A stretch of 64,000 nucleotides of DNA from Vicugna vicugna (lineage: Eukaryota), in assembly GCA_013265495.1 (NCBI GenBank), contig MU058213.1, positions 1 to 64,000 of the forward strand. The letters are read 5' to 3'. A program made the position numbers and the translations under genes. This document shows, in pieces, positions 61,597-64,000 of the stretch. Every line of letters starts with the position of its first letter. The stretch's first letter is position 1. The notes beneath the pieces were generated by a model. It saw only the letters and a program-made list of their open reading frames with translations, was not told the origin of the DNA and made no database searches.

Positions 61597-64000
61597 TGGC
61601 CATCCAAGACATGCTACTGCTCTCTCAGGCCTGTCTTCTGCCCTTCATCCTTTGATTGACTAGACCCGATTTATCTGCGAGTTTTTTTTCCATAAAGAAT
61701 CATTGGGTTACTGTGTCTTTCCAAGGCTAGGGTTACTGCTGGCTAAATTCAGCCCATCAGGAATGACTAGAATCCTGGGGAAATACTGGTTATGTTTGGG
61801 TTTAAAAACAGAAGTCCAAAGGGTGTGATGGCACCAAAGATTAAGCAAAAATTATTCTTGAAAGTCATACAAATATTTTTAAGTGTAAGATTTGGGTAAT
61901 GATTTCTTTGCCAGAGAAAAATTTTCATAAGATCCTTTCTACAATCTCCACGAAACGGTTGAGCTACAATTCCGAAACAGCAACAAAGGGGAAATGGAGA
62001 ACTGGATTCAATATTTAAAGTGTAAACTTCTTAAGTATGTCCCCTACTTTTGTCTTTGTATTATCCTGTTGCCTCTTCTTGACCATTTCTTTTGTTCATA
62101 TCAAGCAAATCATTTCCTTCTCCTCCCCACCCCATGTTCAGCTCCAGTCCTCTTCTTCCTCATGTCTGTCTGCCTACAGACTCTTCAAAACATGTGCCCA
62201 TACTTTGTCTGCTGGCAGACATGAACTAAACATGGACCTGACACTCTCACAAATTCAAGTGCACAGTCCTGAGCATATTCACTCTTTGGGGTCCCATCTC
62301 CCTTTCCACTGTGAAGCATTATTGCTCACTTGAGGGCAATCATTGGTGGAGCGACCTTGCGTAGGACCAAAAGTGCATCACTGTCTCCCCTTCCAAATCA
62401 CAGACTCATAGAATAATGGGGTTGAGTGTCAGCCTAACCACCCTTAGAGGGCATTTGTCATTCCAACCCTGAGTTCTCAATTTTTAATCATTACTCTCTA
62501 TAAAAAATAGCCTATTTTCATCTGGGTAATATTGAACAAAATGTTAAAGCAGGCCAAAAGTCATCCTTGGTTTCCTCTTACTAGAGAATATGCCCAGAGT
62601 CTCCTTGGCCTCTTTCTCTCCTTTCTCCAGCTGTATCCCCCCTACAGGTACCAGTCTTGGACTGATGGTATCCGTCCCCATAACTAGCACCACCTCCAAT
62701 CTCTGCCTGTGGAAAGTTCCCTCTCATCCTCCTAGGTCCAGCTCAAATGCGACCTCCTCTGGTAGTCCTTCCTGGATATCCAGCCTGCATCTTTCTCTCT
62801 TCTAAATCCCCATGACCCTTCGAGTTGCCTTTGCTATAGTACTTGGGACTTTCTACCATTGGACAGTCAGCTCCTTGAGGGCAAGATCCATGTCTGATTC
62901 ATCTCTGGGTCTCCTGCAGGGCTGAGCTCGGTAAACCCCTCCCAGGCATGCAGAAAGGGCTAAGGAAGGAGTGAGGCTCGAACCATGGCCCAGTGTGCTT
63001 TGCCAGTAGGCTGGGAGAAACTTAGGCCTGGAGTCTACCTCTTCCTAGGGCTAGTCAATCCCCTTTCTTCCCCTTCTCACTCCCAACCCATTGCTAAAGG
63101 ACCTCTCTCTTTCACTGTCTTTAGCCAACTGTCATGCAGGATAGAATCCACTGGGAAGGCTTCAGCTGTTAACAGCTTAGAATGTTGCTGCTCCCAGAAG
63201 TCTTTGCACTGAATTGGGGTGGGGGAGGGAGGTACAGGGAGGGGTGAAGAAGGTAAGGGTGCAAGCCTTCACTCCCCAATGACATGTACTCATGTTAGAG
63301 GATTTAAGTATGACAGGCTGGGGAGAGAGGAATTGAGGGGGTTGAGAGGGCTGTTTCTTGACACCCCTTCAATCATATAGCCCCTTAGTATTCTGAGCTA
63401 CTTTCCTTCTCTTTCTGCCTGTGCCCCCTTTAAAAAGATACATGTCCTGGCAATAGTAGCCCTTAACTAAATAGTAACCATTCTTATTATTGTCACTAAT
63501 AAATCAAAAACATAAACAACACAAACGTAAAAACACACAGAGCCCACCCTAAACACATGAGTGCTTGGAGGTGCTAAGTAGGACATGTAGATGGATTTTG
63601 TTAGGCAGAGTTTCTGAAAGAAAGACTTTTTAAAGCATCTGCCTACCTGGTGGGGGAAACCAAATTTTGTGTGCACAGAGAATGGCCAATGACTAGAGAG
63701 AGGGCCCTTCTAGAAGACTGACAAGGGGAGTTGGTTAGATGGCAGGAGGCAGTAGGAGGGGAGAGAGGAGCCATGTTGAAGGGAGACATGATGATGAATT
63801 CAACTTTGAATTGCGGTTTTGGGTGCTGGTGGGTTAGTAAGAAGACATGTCCTCTGAAGGTCCCAGGCTGAGAATGGAGAGGTGAAGCCTAAGGTCACAG
63901 GTGAGAATGGATCTTGCAAAGCAGCAGATATGAGGGAAAGGGCAGATGCAGGATGCAGTGGGGTGTCCAAATGGAAGAGTTTGGGGAGTGTGACGATATA

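Noticed and set aside
63216..63244. G-quadruplex-capable run GGGGTGGGGGAGGGAGGTACAGGGAGGGG
   Set aside because: Common in mammalian DNA and not linked to any supported promoter or exon.
1..64000. Second aromatase paralog (as in pig), the neighbouring GLDN gene, or tRNA/miRNA genes
   Set aside because: No additional P450 exon, no gliomedin-like coding sequence or large CpG island, and no convincing tRNA or pre-miRNA hairpin were seen.

Overview
Mammalian genomic DNA. The lineage is probably camelid (Artiodactyla): the young L1 3' ends resemble camelid L1 as I recall it, and I see no Alu, BovB/Bov-tA or PRE-1 SINEs. The window holds the 5' part of the aromatase gene CYP19A1 on the minus strand. 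The only host coding sequence is the first coding exon (exon II, CDS 426..279). It is preceded by the common splice acceptor (467-466) and the gonadal promoter II (TATA, two NR5A sites, GATA site, degenerate CRE-like site). The conserved brain exon/promoter 1f lies about 42.5 kb upstream (42945-~43430). The remainder is the multi-promoter 5' region, filled with L1, L2, MIR, DNA-transposon and LTR remnants. I find no new protein-coding system; the other ORFs in the track are L1 ORF2 fragments or chance ORFs. The best leads are regulatory: (i) a nested ~8.7 kb cluster of sense L1s just upstream of promoter II, with a retained L1 5' UTR carrying strong splice donors; (ii) a promoter-II-specific uORF; (iii) tandem RFX X-box-like motifs at the brain promoter; (iv) a GATA/TATA/donor first-exon candidate at 27.5 kb; (v) an unexplained ~110-125 bp duplicated module with a STAT-type site. 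Comparisons with human sequence and repeat consensus sequences are from memory and need alignment to confirm.
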